Positions 10,090 to 20,811 of a DNA stretch of 64,000 nucleotides are shown one piece after another (position 1 is the first letter of the stretch; the number at the start of each line of letters is the position of its first letter). The notes under the pieces were generated by a model. It was not told the origin of the DNA. It ran no database searches and saw only the letters and a list, made by a program, of their open reading frames with translations. Position numbers and translations under genes: made by a program. The DNA comes from an uncultured Gemmatimonadales bacterium (GTDB lineage Bacteria; Gemmatimonadota; Gemmatimonadetes; Longimicrobiales; RSA9), in NCBI GenBank assembly GCA_963741945.1, contig CAVUKA010000004.1, positions 160,001-224,000 of the forward strand, written 5' to 3'.

Positions 10090-11064
10090 CTACTCCAGCG
10101 AGGACACCGCAACCGTCTCTCGCACCCTTGCCGCGTCGGCCGCAGTCACCAGATCGACGCCGCGCCCGAGCAGCGCCGCCGTGCCCGCGGCTACGGCATT
10201 CGCCAGCGCCTTCGCCATGTCGGCACCTGCGCCCGCCGACAGGAGGAACGCCGCGAGGAACGCGTCGCCGGCCCCGACGGCGCTTCCCGCTGCGATCTCG
10301 CTCGCGAGCGCGTCATCCGGTCGCGCGACCGCCCAGACCGCGCCGGCCCCATCCGCCGCCACGGCGCCGTCGGCCCCGAGCGTCACGACCACCTGGTCGG
10401 TGCCGCGGGCCACGAGCGCGCGAGCCGCCGCGGCCGCTTCCCGGGGGGTTCGGATCGATCGGTTGAGCAGCCGCTCCGCCTCGTGGGCGTTGGGGACCAG
10501 GATGTCGCACCCGGCCGATTCGGCCACGCGGAGCGCTTCGCCATCGCAGTCCGGGACGAAGCGATGCCCGCGCCCGCGAGCCATGCGACCCAGCGCGGCG
10601 TACAGGCCGGACGGAAGCCCCGGGGGCAGGCTGCCACAGCACGCCAGCCAGGCCCGATCGCCCGCGGCCTCGGCGTCGCCCAGCGCCGCGTCCACCGCCG
10701 CCAGCACGGCCCGCTCCTCGGCCGCACCCACGGCCGCCCCCCGCGGGTTGAGCAGCAGGGACCGGCCATCCGCCTGGCGCGCACCGACGAACACCCGCGT
10801 CTCCCCCGCCGATGGGATCGCCGTGAGCGGCGTCCCCTCGGCCTCCAGCATCTCCTCCAGCTCGCGCCCCACCGCTCCTCCCAGCAGGGCCAGCGCCCGC
10901 GCCGACGCGGTCGGGTCCAGCGCCCGCGCCGCCCGCACCACGTTCACCCCCTGGCCGCCCGCGCGACGGCGGGGCGGCGGGACGCGGTTGGCATCATCCC
11001 ACACCAGCCGATCGGCAGTGAAGAGCAGGTCGAGCGATGGGTTGGGCGTGAGCGTGATCAGCAC
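10090..11064 (-). CDS. PfkB-family 1-phosphofructokinase-like hexose kinase
   Basis: ITLTPNPSLD, AGGQGVNV, PNAHEA and AVGAGDAF motifs. Confidence 0.85.
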   Translation of the reverse strand: MLITLTPNPSLDLLFTADRLVWDDANRVPPPRRRAGGQGVNVVRAARALDPTASARALALLGGAVGRELEEMLEAEGTPLTAIPSAGETRVFVGARQADGRSLLLNPRGAAVGAAEERAVLAAVDAALGDAEAAGDRAWLACCGSLPPGLPSGLYAALGRMARGRGHRFVPDCDGEALRVAESAGCDILVPNAHEAERLLNRSIRTPREAAAAARALVARGTDQVVVTLGADGAVAADGAGAVWAVARPDDALASEIAAGSAVGAGDAFLAAFLLSAGAGADMAKALANAVAAGTAALLGRGVDLVTAADAARVRETVAVSSLE

Positions 11065-11101
11065 GGGGATTCCGCTACGCCCGCCGAGCGCCCGGTCTCG
11101 C

Positions 11102-12142
11102 TCACGCGTCCAGCTGTTTCCGCAGCCGGTCCGCGAACGCCCGGCTGGGCCCATCGGCAGCCACGATCTCGATTCCCTCGGGGCCGCGCACACCAACGCC
11201 CAGCTCCACCGCCCGCGCCACCTGCTCCTGCTCGAAGATGCCCCGGCCCATGATGGCCTCGTTCGCGCCCAGCTCCTTCAGCACGGCCAGCCCCACTGCG
11301 TCGATGGCCACCCGGTCGCTCCCGGCCAGGACCACGTTCCCCTGCTTCAGCTCGCCCTGGGATGGACCGCCGTCGGTGAACGCGTCCACGCCGTCCAGCA
11401 CGATCAGCTGCGGCCGGTACCCGGTGTTCAGCTCGGCGATCATGCGCCGCATGTCCGGCGAGCGGTGCATCTCCCGCCGGATCCGCTTCGGCGTCAGGCC
11501 CACCGACAGCTTCAGCGACATGGTGAACACGCCGCCGTACGCATGGGTCTTCAGACACGCGGTCGAAACGTTGTAATCCGCATCCACCACGTGGCGCGGG
11601 AGCCAGAAGCCCGCCGGCCAGTGCGTGCCCGATGGGCCGAACTGGACCCAGTCGGCGTCGGCGATCTCCTCATAGTTCACCACGTCGAAGCGAAGGTCCC
11701 GGGCCATGTCGAACACGCCCTTCTGCTCCATCACGCGGCGCGTGTCCGGCGGCCCGCTCGACTCGCCCAGCGTCACCGAGCGCGCCCCTCGCTCGTGCAG
11801 CTCCTGCACCAGCTGTGACAGCGTGTCCGGGTGCGTCGACCCGGGAGACGGGTCCGCCGTGTTGAAGTTCGGCTTCACCACGACACGCCGACCGCTGACG
11901 CCGCCCAGGTCCAGCAGCTTCAACGCCCGTGTCACCCCGTCCTTCCGGTCCGACGTCCGGACCAGCGCCACCCGCGCCTGCGCCGGGGGCCGCAGCGCCC
12001 CATCGGCAGTCCCCGTCCATGGCCGTGCGGAGGCGCCCGCAATCGGGAAAGCGCCCGCCCCAAGGGCGGGGAGGGTGGGAAGGGCGGCCAGCCCCAGCCC
12101 CGCGGTGCGCAGAAATCTGCGGCGGTCGATCCGGTCCGGCAT
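11102..12142 (-). CDS. DUF362 domain protein with Tat signal peptide
   Basis: DRRRFLR twin-arginine leader; VVVKPNFN, LKTH, SLKLSVG and DRVAID motifs. Confidence 0.8.
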   Translation of the reverse strand: MPDRIDRRRFLRTAGLGLAALPTLPALGAGAFPIAGASARPWTGTADGALRPPAQARVALVRTSDRKDGVTRALKLLDLGGVSGRRVVVKPNFNTADPSPGSTHPDTLSQLVQELHERGARSVTLGESSGPPDTRRVMEQKGVFDMARDLRFDVVNYEEIADADWVQFGPSGTHWPAGFWLPRHVVDADYNVSTACLKTHAYGGVFTMSLKLSVGLTPKRIRREMHRSPDMRRMIAELNTGYRPQLIVLDGVDAFTDGGPSQGELKQGNVVLAGSDRVAIDAVGLAVLKELGANEAIMGRGIFEQEQVARAVELGVGVRGPEGIEIVAADGPSRAFADRLRKQLDA

Positions 12143-12355
12143 GATGGGCCTCCACGACATGGGTCGTGCGGGCCGGGGCTCCCTGCATGATGCCAGCGCC
12201 CGCGCAGGCCGGCAACAGCGACGCGCGCTCGCGGTGAAATCGTCGCCCGCCGCGGCATGGACCACCGGGGGTCGGTTGCGCCCCCCGCGCCCATCGGCAC
12301 ACATTGCTCACCTTTCGGTATCAAATGCAGGACGCCCTTCCGCGAGGACACCGCA

Positions 12356-14417
12356 ATGGACTCAGACATCCGCAGCATCCGGGTCGAAAAGAGACCCGAC
12401 ACCCTCCGCTTCGACGGGCGGGTGCTCTTCCTCGTGGACGATGCCGACCTGATCCGACGGCAGCTGAACGGCGAGGACCTGGAGCTCACGCCGCAGCTGC
12501 GCGAGATGCTCCGGGATCAGATCTCCACGGACGAGATCACGCCCGCCTACATCTGCTACTACTTCGACGAGACGCTGGGTGAGTTCCCGTACCTGGGGCT
12601 GCGCGCGGGTGGGGAAGCGCCGGTCACGCGCGGCAGCGTCAGGAAGGGCGGGTTCGTCTGCTCGGTCGCCGGGAAGCGACGCGGCAAGGGAAGCTCCCGG
12701 GAGCAGTCGCCCTACGCGGAGATGATGGCGGGGATCCGCGTCGTCATCGCGGAGAACATCGAGCGGATCTACAACGAGAACTGTCAGAACCTGGGCATCC
12801 TGACCTCGACGGACTTCTCGCTCATTGACCGGATCCGCGGCGGCGAGGAGATCGCTCTGCGCGAGTTCACGGACGGCAAGGACGCGATCACGCGTCAGAT
12901 CATCGAGTACGGCGGCCTGTTCGAGTTCAATGTGGCGCGCCTCCAGGGGAAGGTGGAGATCCCGGAGCTAGAGTCGCAGCAGCCGAACGCGCCTGCCCGG
13001 CCCATGACCGTGGCCGAGAAGATCTTCGCCCGCAACTGGGTGGTGGACGCGGCGGCCGGCGACTACGGCGTCCCCTGGGTCCGGCCGGGCGACAGCGGGT
13101 TCGTCCGCACCGATTACCGCTTCAGCCACGAGTACGTCACCCCCATGGCGGCTATCTTCTTCGAGGAGAAGCTCGGCCCCGACGCGAAGGTCACGGACCC
13201 ATCCAGCATCATCATGTTCCGCGACCACCTGACCTACCTCCACGAGGTCATGCCGCAGGAGCGCGTCCAGCTCGGGCTCCTCGATGTCGCGCGTCAGCTG
13301 AAGGACAAGCAGCAGCAGTTCTCGGAGAAACAGGGCATCAGGCTGTACGGTGAGCGCATCGGCGCTCGACTGGGCTCGGAGGCGATCTGCCATTCCAAGA
13401 TGCTGGAGGAGTACGCGGAGCCAGGTCAGCTCATCGTCGGAACCGATTCCCATACCCCCCATTCCGGCGCCATCGGGGCGATCGCGTTCGGCGTCGGCAC
13501 CACCGCCATCTTCAACTCCTGGATCACGAAAGACGTGCGCGTCAGCGTGCCGCCGTCGTTCAAGGTGGTGATCAACGGCAGGAAGCCGGACAACGTCACG
13601 GCCAAGGATTTCATGCTGGAGATCCTGCGCCACCCGTATATCCGGGACGGCCACGCCATCGGCCAGATCGTCGAGTACGCGGGAGAGGCCGTGGAAGCGC
13701 TCAGCATCGACGAGCGGGCCACCATGACGAACATGGCCGCGGAAGTGGGCGCATTCACCGGGATCGTCGCCCCGGACGGGAAGGCGGCTCAATACCTCGT
13801 CGCCGAACGGGGTATGGACCCGACCCGCGCGGAGCAGCTCGTTGACGGCCTGCGCTCGGACGCGGAAGCCGAGTACGTGAAGGTGATCGAGCTGGACGCG
13901 TCGGAGATCCGCCCCATGGTGGCGCTCCCGGGCGACCCGGGGAACGGCCTCCACATGGACGAGCTCGCCGATGAGCCCATCCGCATCGACGCCGCGTACG
14001 CCGGCTCCTGCACCGCGGGCAAGAAGGAGGACATGGACATGTACGCCCGCGTCCTCCGCGAAGCCCGGGACCAGGGCCTGAAAGTCGCCCCCGGTGTGCG
14101 CATGTACATCCAGTGCGGTTCGCAGGAAGTGAAGGAGTACTGCCGACAGCAGGGGTATCTCGAGCTCTTCGACGAGATCGGCGCCAGCTTCATCGAGCCA
14201 GGCTGCGGCGCGTGCATCGCCGCTGGCCCGGGCACCAGCGCGTCTCCGGACGAGGTCACGATCTCCAGCCAGAACCGGAATTTCCCCGGCCGGTCTGGTC
14301 CAGGGCAGCTCTACCTCGCTTCGCCCTATCGCCGTGGCCGCGTCCGCGATCGCGGGCTGCGTGACTGCGTGGGAGCCCGGGATGCCGATCCGGCAGCTGG
14401 AGCCCGTCCGCGGCTGA
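12356..14417 (+). CDS. Aconitase-family hydratase, LeuD(small)-LeuC(large) fused; apparent +1 frameshift at about 14330
   Basis: ISTDEITP and GKGSSREQ (swivel domain) precede DSHT, GSCTAG, PGCGAC and NRNFPGR; YLASPY continues as AVAASAIAG only after skipping one base, with stop at 14415-14417. Confidence 0.8.
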
Positions 14418-14550
14418 GCGCGGCAGCCGCATGCGCGGCGGCGAGCGGAACCCGGGCGCGAGCAGCGCTCGTGTTGGCGAGCCGCTCCTGCCACGCTACC
14501 ATCCGGGAGGGGCGAGGCCTTCATGAGCGCCCACTCACCCGGAGATCACC

Positions 14551-15087
14551 GTGCTTCCTTGGCCCAGTTCGCCAGCAACGGCTGTCGCTGCTTTCGTAGC
14601 GGCGCTCCTCCCGCTCGCCGCACCCGCTCCCGCCCGTGCGCAGGCGCACCTCTTCAGCCGGGACCGTGACAGCCGCAGCCAGCAGGAGCAGATCTACGAG
14701 ATGACCGTCCGGAAGGGCGTCAACGCCACGCTCGCCGCCTGGCATGACGCCTGGGATCGCGACGCCGCCGACCGCCTCGCCGCCCTCTACCTCGAGGACG
14801 CGACGCTGTTCACGCCAGAGGGGACCGTCCAGGGGCGCGACGCCATTGCCGCCTTCTTCCGCCGGCTGCTCCCATCCCGCTCGGAGCTCCAGAGCTTCCC
14901 GCTCCATTTCAATGCGAGCGGCATCCTGGCCTACAGCCTCGAGCTGCAGACCTCGCGCACCGAAGATGAAGCTGCGCAGCCGCGGGCGCTCCGCAGCTTC
15001 ATGGTGCTGCGGCAGCAGTGGGGTGACACCTGGCTGATCGAGTCTCAGCTGCTGGCCGAGGTCCAGGGCGACGCCGCAGCGCAGTGA
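14551..15087 (+). CDS. Secreted SnoaL/NTF2-like (DUF4440-type) protein
   Basis: Signal-like N-terminus; AWDRDAADRLAALYLEDA...QGRDAIAAFF pattern. Confidence 0.65.
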   Translation: MLPWPSSPATAVAAFVAALLPLAAPAPARAQAHLFSRDRDSRSQQEQIYEMTVRKGVNATLAAWHDAWDRDAADRLAALYLEDATLFTPEGTVQGRDAIAAFFRRLLPSRSELQSFPLHFNASGILAYSLELQTSRTEDEAAQPRALRSFMVLRQQWGDTWLIESQLLAEVQGDAAAQ

Positions 15088-15094
15088 TCCGGGC

Positions 15095-15877
15095 GTGAGC
15101 CGCATCCGCGTGGAGCTGCCCGCCGGGCTGCGCGAGGCCCGGTTCGTGGAACGACCCAACCGGTTCCTCCTGCGTTGCGAGCTGGCCGCGCACCAGGAGA
15201 ACGGACAGCCGGCACCCACTCCACCCGGTCTGCGGGAGCCACCGCACGGGTCCGGGCCGCGCGTCGTCGATGTCCACATGGCCGATCCCGGACGCTTGAA
15301 TGAGCTCCTCCTCCCGGGCCGACGCGTCTGGATCCGATATGCCGCCTCACCCACGCGCCGCACCGACTGGTCCGCCGTTCTCGTGGAAGCACCGCACGGC
15401 AACGGCCTCGTATCCGTCGATACCACGCTCCCGAATCGCCTCGTGCGCCGCGCCCTCGAGGCCCACGCCCTCGAGGAGCTCGCCGGGTGGTCGCTCCTGC
15501 GCCCGGAATTCACGCTCGGCCGCTCACGCATTGATTTCCTCCTCGCCTGCGACCACCGCCAGCTCGCCCTCGAGGTCAAGAGCGTCACGCTCGTCGGCGA
15601 CGACGGCGTCGCCCGCTTCCCGGACGCCGTGACTGCGCGCGGGGCCCGTCACGTCCGCGAACTGGCAGCTGTCGCCCGACGGCCCGGCTGGGAAGCCGCC
15701 ATCCTCTTCGTGCTCCAGCGAGACGACGCCCACCGCATCGAGGCCGCACGCTCCATCGACCCCGCCTTCGCCGACGCCCTTGCCGAAGCGGAGGAGGCTG
15801 GCGTGCGCGTCCTCGGCCGCCGCTGCCAGGTCAGTCGGCAGAGCCTCGTCCTCGGAGACGCCGTGCCCGCCAGCTGA
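15095..15877 (+). CDS. sfsA: DNA/RNA nuclease SfsA (sugar fermentation stimulation protein)
   Basis: RPNRF, HMADPGRL, SRIDF, EVKSVTL and FPDAVTARGARH motifs. Confidence 0.9.
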   Translation: MSRIRVELPAGLREARFVERPNRFLLRCELAAHQENGQPAPTPPGLREPPHGSGPRVVDVHMADPGRLNELLLPGRRVWIRYAASPTRRTDWSAVLVEAPHGNGLVSVDTTLPNRLVRRALEAHALEELAGWSLLRPEFTLGRSRIDFLLACDHRQLALEVKSVTLVGDDGVARFPDAVTARGARHVRELAAVARRPGWEAAILFVLQRDDAHRIEAARSIDPAFADALAEAEEAGVRVLGRRCQVSRQSLVLGDAVPAS

Positions 15878-15965
15878 TGCGGCCCGCTCCGGCGCCCGGC
15901 CTCCGACCACGGTGAAACGCATGCATGGGGTGGAAAAAGGGCCCGCTCCCTTCTACCTTCTGCGG

Positions 15966-18755
15966 ATGCCATCCCGTTGGACCTTCCACAGATTCATTGT
16001 CGTGACTGCGCTCCTGCTCTTCGCGGGGCAGCTGCAGGCGCAGGCTCGCGTCACCGGGTACGCCGGCGCCGCGGCCACCGGCCTCGACCTGCGCCGACTC
16101 GGCACCACGGCGCGCCTGCTCATGATCGGCGCGCACCCCGACGATGAGAACACGGCCCTGGTTGCCCCGCTCGCGCTCGGCGAGGGTGCGGACGTCGCCT
16201 ACCTCTCGCTGACCCGGGGAGAGGGAGGCCAGAACGGCATCGGTCCGGAGCTGGGCACCGCGCTCGGAATCCTTCGCTCCGAAGAGCTCCTCGCCGCCCG
16301 AAGGCTGGACGGCGGCACTCAGCTCTTCAGCCGCGCCATCGATTACGGGTTCTCCAAGAGCGCCGACGAAGCGTTCAGCCACTGGCCCCGGGACTCGCTG
16401 GTGGCGGATGTCGTCGCGGCCATTCGTCGCTATCGCCCCGATGTGGTGGTCTCGGTGTGGAGCGGGACGCCGCTGGATGGTCACGGACAGCACCAGGCTT
16501 CCGGAATCGTCGCCCGCGAGGCCGTGCTCGCCGCCGGCGACCCGTCCCGGTTCCCGGAGCAGATCGCCGCCGGGCTGCGCCCGTTCACCCCGAGTCTCTT
16601 CTACCGCTCCGCCGGATTCGGCGGCCCGGGGGAAATCGTCGAAGTGAACACCGGCCGGCTCGACCCGCTCCTCGGCCGCTCCTATCAACAGGTGGCCATG
16701 GCCAGCCGCAGCCGCCACCGCAGCCAGGACCAGGGGACCCGGCAGCCGCCCGGCCCCCGGCGCACGGCCATCCAGCGGATCGACCCGGCAGCGCCCGTGA
16801 CCGTGGCGCCGGACCGCCGCTTCGGTTGGGCCATGGAGGGCGCCCCGGCCCGGGACGTCTCGATCTTCAGTGGCGTCGACACGCTCCTGTCGCAGCGAGC
16901 TCGCAGCGCCGCCGCCCGCGCCCGGCCCGATGCGGTGCACGGGCTCGCGACGTCCGCGGCCCTGCTTGCCCGGTACGAGGCGCTCGTGGATTCGGCCCGC
17001 GCCAGCTTCGACCCGCTGCGCCCTGGCCGGATCCTCGGCATCCTCGTGCGTGCCGACGAGCGGCTCCGCGCAGCCGCCGCCGCGCTTCCGCCCCCGACGA
17101 CCACCGCCGCCTCGCCCGCCGCCGACGCGCTGGCGGACCTGCGGTTCAATTTCGCCGCCGAAGCGAAGGACCTGCGAGCGGCCATTCTCGACGTGGCGAA
17201 CGTCCAGCTCGACGCCATCGCGGATCATGAGGATGTCGTCCGGGGCCAGAGCTTCGCGCTCGAGCTGTCAGTCTGGAATGGCGGAGCCGACACGGTCCGC
17301 GCCCGCGTCGCACCGCTCCTCCCCGCTGGCTGGATCGCCACCACGGGGAGCGCAGGTCAGGTGTCGGCCCGGCCGGATGGTGCGACGAACGATGGTTCCG
17401 GCACACCGCTCCAGGCTACGCGCATGCCCGCGGCCCGGGAGGCCATCCTCTCGGTCGCGCCGGGGGAGCGGGCCACGGCCACGTTCCAGGTCACCGTCCC
17501 GGAAGACGCCCAGCTCACCACGCCGTACTACCTCGATCCGGCGCACCCCGCCACGGGCGACTTCTACCACTGGCCGCCTGACCCGCAGACCTGGGGGCTG
17601 CCGTTCGCACCGGCGCCGGTGCGCGCCTCCTTCGCCCTGGATCTCCGCGGTGACGCCGACCTGACCTTCCAGCGCAGCGCAGCCATGGTGGGCGTGGACA
17701 GGCGAAGCGGTGAGTTCCGCCGACCCGTCAAGGTGGTGCCGGAGGTCTCCGTCGCCATTGCCCCGGAGCTGGCGGTCTTCTCCCTCGACGCCCCCCGGAC
17801 CCTCCATTTCACGGCGACGCTCCGGTCCAATGCCAGCTCGCCCATCACTGGCTGGCTCCATGCCACGATTCCACCGGGATGGCGCGCGGACCCGGACAGC
17901 GTGGCCGTCTCCATGGCCGCTGGTGGGCCCGAGTTGTCCACGACGTTCGATCTGACCCCACCCGACGGGGTCGCCCCGGGCGAGTACGATGTGGGCGTCT
18001 CTCTCGCGACCGCCGGTGATACGTTCGACCTGGGCTACCAGGTCATCGATTATCCGCACATCCGTCCGCACCACCTCTACCGGCCGGCCACTGCACGGGT
18101 CCGCGCGCTCGACGTGCGCGTGGCCGACGTCCGCGTGGGCTACGTCCCCGGCGCCGGCGACGATATCCCCGCGGCCCTCGACCAGCTCGGGCTGTCCTGG
18201 GGCCGCATCGATGCCCCGGACCTCGCCAGCGGAGACCTCGGGCGCTTCGACGTCATCGTCACCGGGATCCGCGCCTACGAGGTGAACGACGGCCTCGTCG
18301 CCCACAACCAGCGGCTGCTGGACTGGGTGCGCCACGGTGGCACGCTCATCGTCCAGTACAACAAGTACCCGGCCCTCGAGCGCGATTACACGCCATGGCC
18401 GGTCACGATCGCACGCCCGCACGGACGCGTCACGGACCCCGCCGCTCCCGTGACGGTGCTCCAGCCGGACAACCCGATCTTCACCACCCCCAACCGCATC
18501 GGCCCCGCCGATTGGGCCGGGTGGGTGCAGGAGCGCGGACTCTATTTCTGGGATACCTGGCAGGGCCCGTTCACGCCCCTGCTCGCCATGAGCGACCCCG
18601 GCGAGGCACCGCTCGAGGGCTCGCTGCTCGTAGCGCCCCTCGGCGACGGGACGTACGTCTACGCGGCTCTCGCCTTCTTCCGCCAGCTCCCCGCCGGCGT
18701 CCCCGGGGCGTACCGGCTTTTCGCTAACTTGCTCTCCCTCGGCGCCCCCCGGTGA
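15966..18755 (+). CDS. Secreted PIG-L/LmbE family deacetylase with Ig-like and C-terminal glutamine-amidotransferase-like domains
   Basis: Signal peptide; AHPDDE, TRGEGGQN, RSEEL and GHGQH; C-terminal WVQERGLYF...FFRQLPAGVPGAYRLFANL. Confidence 0.85.
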   Translation: MPSRWTFHRFIVVTALLLFAGQLQAQARVTGYAGAAATGLDLRRLGTTARLLMIGAHPDDENTALVAPLALGEGADVAYLSLTRGEGGQNGIGPELGTALGILRSEELLAARRLDGGTQLFSRAIDYGFSKSADEAFSHWPRDSLVADVVAAIRRYRPDVVVSVWSGTPLDGHGQHQASGIVAREAVLAAGDPSRFPEQIAAGLRPFTPSLFYRSAGFGGPGEIVEVNTGRLDPLLGRSYQQVAMASRSRHRSQDQGTRQPPGPRRTAIQRIDPAAPVTVAPDRRFGWAMEGAPARDVSIFSGVDTLLSQRARSAAARARPDAVHGLATSAALLARYEALVDSARASFDPLRPGRILGILVRADERLRAAAAALPPPTTTAASPAADALADLRFNFAAEAKDLRAAILDVANVQLDAIADHEDVVRGQSFALELSVWNGGADTVRARVAPLLPAGWIATTGSAGQVSARPDGATNDGSGTPLQATRMPAAREAILSVAPGERATATFQVTVPEDAQLTTPYYLDPAHPATGDFYHWPPDPQTWGLPFAPAPVRASFALDLRGDADLTFQRSAAMVGVDRRSGEFRRPVKVVPEVSVAIAPELAVFSLDAPRTLHFTATLRSNASSPITGWLHATIPPGWRADPDSVAVSMAAGGPELSTTFDLTPPDGVAPGEYDVGVSLATAGDTFDLGYQVIDYPHIRPHHLYRPATARVRALDVRVADVRVGYVPGAGDDIPAALDQLGLSWGRIDAPDLASGDLGRFDVIVTGIRAYEVNDGLVAHNQRLLDWVRHGGTLIVQYNKYPALERDYTPWPVTIARPHGRVTDPAAPVTVLQPDNPIFTTPNRIGPADWAGWVQERGLYFWDTWQGPFTPLLAMSDPGEAPLEGSLLVAPLGDGTYVYAALAFFRQLPAGVPGAYRLFANLLSLGAPR

Positions 18756-18841
18756 GCCGGCCGGACGACTCCTCTGAGGCGGGTTCGGAACGGACCGCCG
18801 CCGAGGGTCCGGGGCCCGCGCCCCGCCGCGCCCCGCGCTCC

Positions 18842-18928
18842 ATGCGAACCCTCTACATCCGGGTCCTCCTCGTCCAGGTCCTGGCACTCCTCGCCCTCTG
18901 GGCGCTCCAGGCCCGCTTCGCCGGATGA
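18842..18928 (+). CDS. 28-aa single-TM small protein (MRTLYIRVLLVQVLALLALWALQARFAG), absent from the ORF track
   Basis: ATG 18842 to TGA 18926-18928; one hydrophobic helix; ends 14 nt before the SSS transporter; GC3-rich codons. Confidence 0.65.
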   Translation: MRTLYIRVLLVQVLALLALWALQARFAG

Positions 18929-18942
18929 GCCGCCGCTAGCCG

Positions 18943-20673
18943 ATGCACTGGATCGACTGGCTGATCGTCGCCGGATACCTCGGCTACGTGCTGTGGGACG
19001 GGCTCCGCCGCGCTCGCGGCATGGACCGCATCGAGGGCTACTTCCTCGCCAACCGCAGCCTCCCCTGGTGGGCCGTCGGACTCTCTGTCATGGCCACCCA
19101 GCTCTCCGCGATCACGCTCGTGGGCACCACCGGCCAGGGCGCCACGGACGGGATGCGCTTCGTCCAGTTCTATTTCGGGCTCCCCCTGGCGATGCTCATC
19201 CTCTCCGTCACCCTGGTCCCGTTCTTCCACCGGGCGAAGGTATACACGGCCTACGAGTACCTGGAGAAGCGCTTCGACAGCCGTACACGGAGCCTCACCA
19301 GCGCACTGTTTCTCGTCTCCCGCGGCATGTCCGTGGGGGTCATCATCTCCGCGCCGGCCGTGATCCTGTCCGCTACGCTCGGCCTCGGCCTCCCTCTCTC
19401 CGTCGTGATCATCGGCGCCCCCGCCGTTCTCTACACCATGTTCGGCGGCGTCCAGGCCGTGACCTGGATCGACGTCAAGCAGATGGTGCTGATCATCACC
19501 GGGCTTGGAGCGCTCCTGGTCGTTCTCTTCCTCGGCCTTCCCGGCGACGTGGGCGTCGGCAGCGCCCTGCGGCTCGCCGGCACCACCGGCCGGCTTCGCA
19601 CGTTCGACTTCAGCTTCGACCTGCACGAGACCTACACGTTCTGGTCCGGGCTCATCGGCGGGACCTTCCTCATGCTCTCGTATTTCGGGACCGACCAGAG
19701 CCAGGTCCAGCGGTATCTGACCGCCCGCTCGGTCGACGAGGCCCGCAGCTCACTGCTCATGAGCGCGTACTGGAAGATCCCCCTCCAGGCCCTCGTCCTC
19801 ATGGTCGGCGTCATGGTCTTCGTCTTCTACCTGTTCAACCAGCCGCCGCTGCTCTTCAATACCGACCATGACCAGCGCGTCCGTGAGGCCGCGAGCACCG
19901 AGTATCGCCAGCTCCAGGACCGCTACACCGCCTCCTTCCAGCAGCGACGTGGCGCCGCCCTCGAGTATGCTCAGGCCCGTGAGGCCGGTCGCCTGGATCT
20001 CGCCCGCGCCGCTGCCGCCGAATTCACCGACGACAATACCCGCCTCCAGGCCGTCCGCGCGGACGCCCTGAGCCTCGCCGAGCGCACCACGGGCGAGAAC
20101 CCGCGGGACGTCAACTACATCATCCCCTCGTTCGTCCTCGGTGAGCTCCCCCCGATCATCCCGGGTCTCTTCATCGCCGCCGTGCTCGCAGCCGCAATGT
20201 CGTCCATCGCGGCGGAGCTCAACTCCCTCTCCACCGCCACCATCATCGATTTCTACCGGCGACACATCCGGACGTCCGCCTCTGACGCCCACTATCTCTC
20301 CGTCTCCAAGCTGGCCACCGGCATCTGGGGGATCTTCGCATGTGTCGTGGCGGTCTACGCCGTGGCGCTCGGCTCACTCATCGAGGTGGTCAACCGCTTC
20401 GGCTCGTTCTTCTACGGGTCCATCCTCGGCGTCTTCGTCCTCGCACTCATTCCGCGCGCTCGGCCACGCGGCGCGTTCTTCGGCCTCATCGCCGGAATGG
20501 TCAGCGTTGCACTCGTCGACCGTCTCACCGGCATCGCGTTCCTGTGGCTCAACGTGGTCGGCGCCGTGGCGGTCGTGACCGTGGGAATGGCGCTCAGCTG
20601 GACGGTGCCCGGCGGCGCGGCGCCTCGAACCGCCGCCGAGCCGACCTCCCCGCCCGCCCTCGACGGGGGGTGA
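18943..20673 (+). CDS. Sodium:solute symporter (SSS family)
   Basis: [37 protein letters not shown] and AAAMSS motifs; many TM segments. Confidence 0.92.
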   Translation: MHWIDWLIVAGYLGYVLWDGLRRARGMDRIEGYFLANRSLPWWAVGLSVMATQLSAITLVGTTGQGATDGMRFVQFYFGLPLAMLILSVTLVPFFHRAKVYTAYEYLEKRFDSRTRSLTSALFLVSRGMSVGVIISAPAVILSATLGLGLPLSVVIIGAPAVLYTMFGGVQAVTWIDVKQMVLIITGLGALLVVLFLGLPGDVGVGSALRLAGTTGRLRTFDFSFDLHETYTFWSGLIGGTFLMLSYFGTDQSQVQRYLTARSVDEARSSLLMSAYWKIPLQALVLMVGVMVFVFYLFNQPPLLFNTDHDQRVREAASTEYRQLQDRYTASFQQRRGAALEYAQAREAGRLDLARAAAAEFTDDNTRLQAVRADALSLAERTTGENPRDVNYIIPSFVLGELPPIIPGLFIAAVLAAAMSSIAAELNSLSTATIIDFYRRHIRTSASDAHYLSVSKLATGIWGIFACVVAVYAVALGSLIEVVNRFGSFFYGSILGVFVLALIPRARPRGAFFGLIAGMVSVALVDRLTGIAFLWLNVVGAVAVVTVGMALSWTVPGGAAPRTAAEPTSPPALDGG

Positions 20674-20811
20674 CGCTGCCCCCGGAGAACGGGTCACCGC
20701 CTTCGCCGCCTTCGCCGTCGCCGGCACCGCCGCGGCTGTCGCCGTTCTGGCCGCCGCGCCCGCCGAACGGCGGCGGGCCACCATTCACCGCTCATGAGGG
20801 AAAGGAGAGCC

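Noticed and set aside
20594-20790. Gly-rich 64-aa minus-strand ORF and CCGCC-rich low-complexity stretch
   Set aside because: Overlaps the symporter end, has no SD and is explained by GC-rich low complexity
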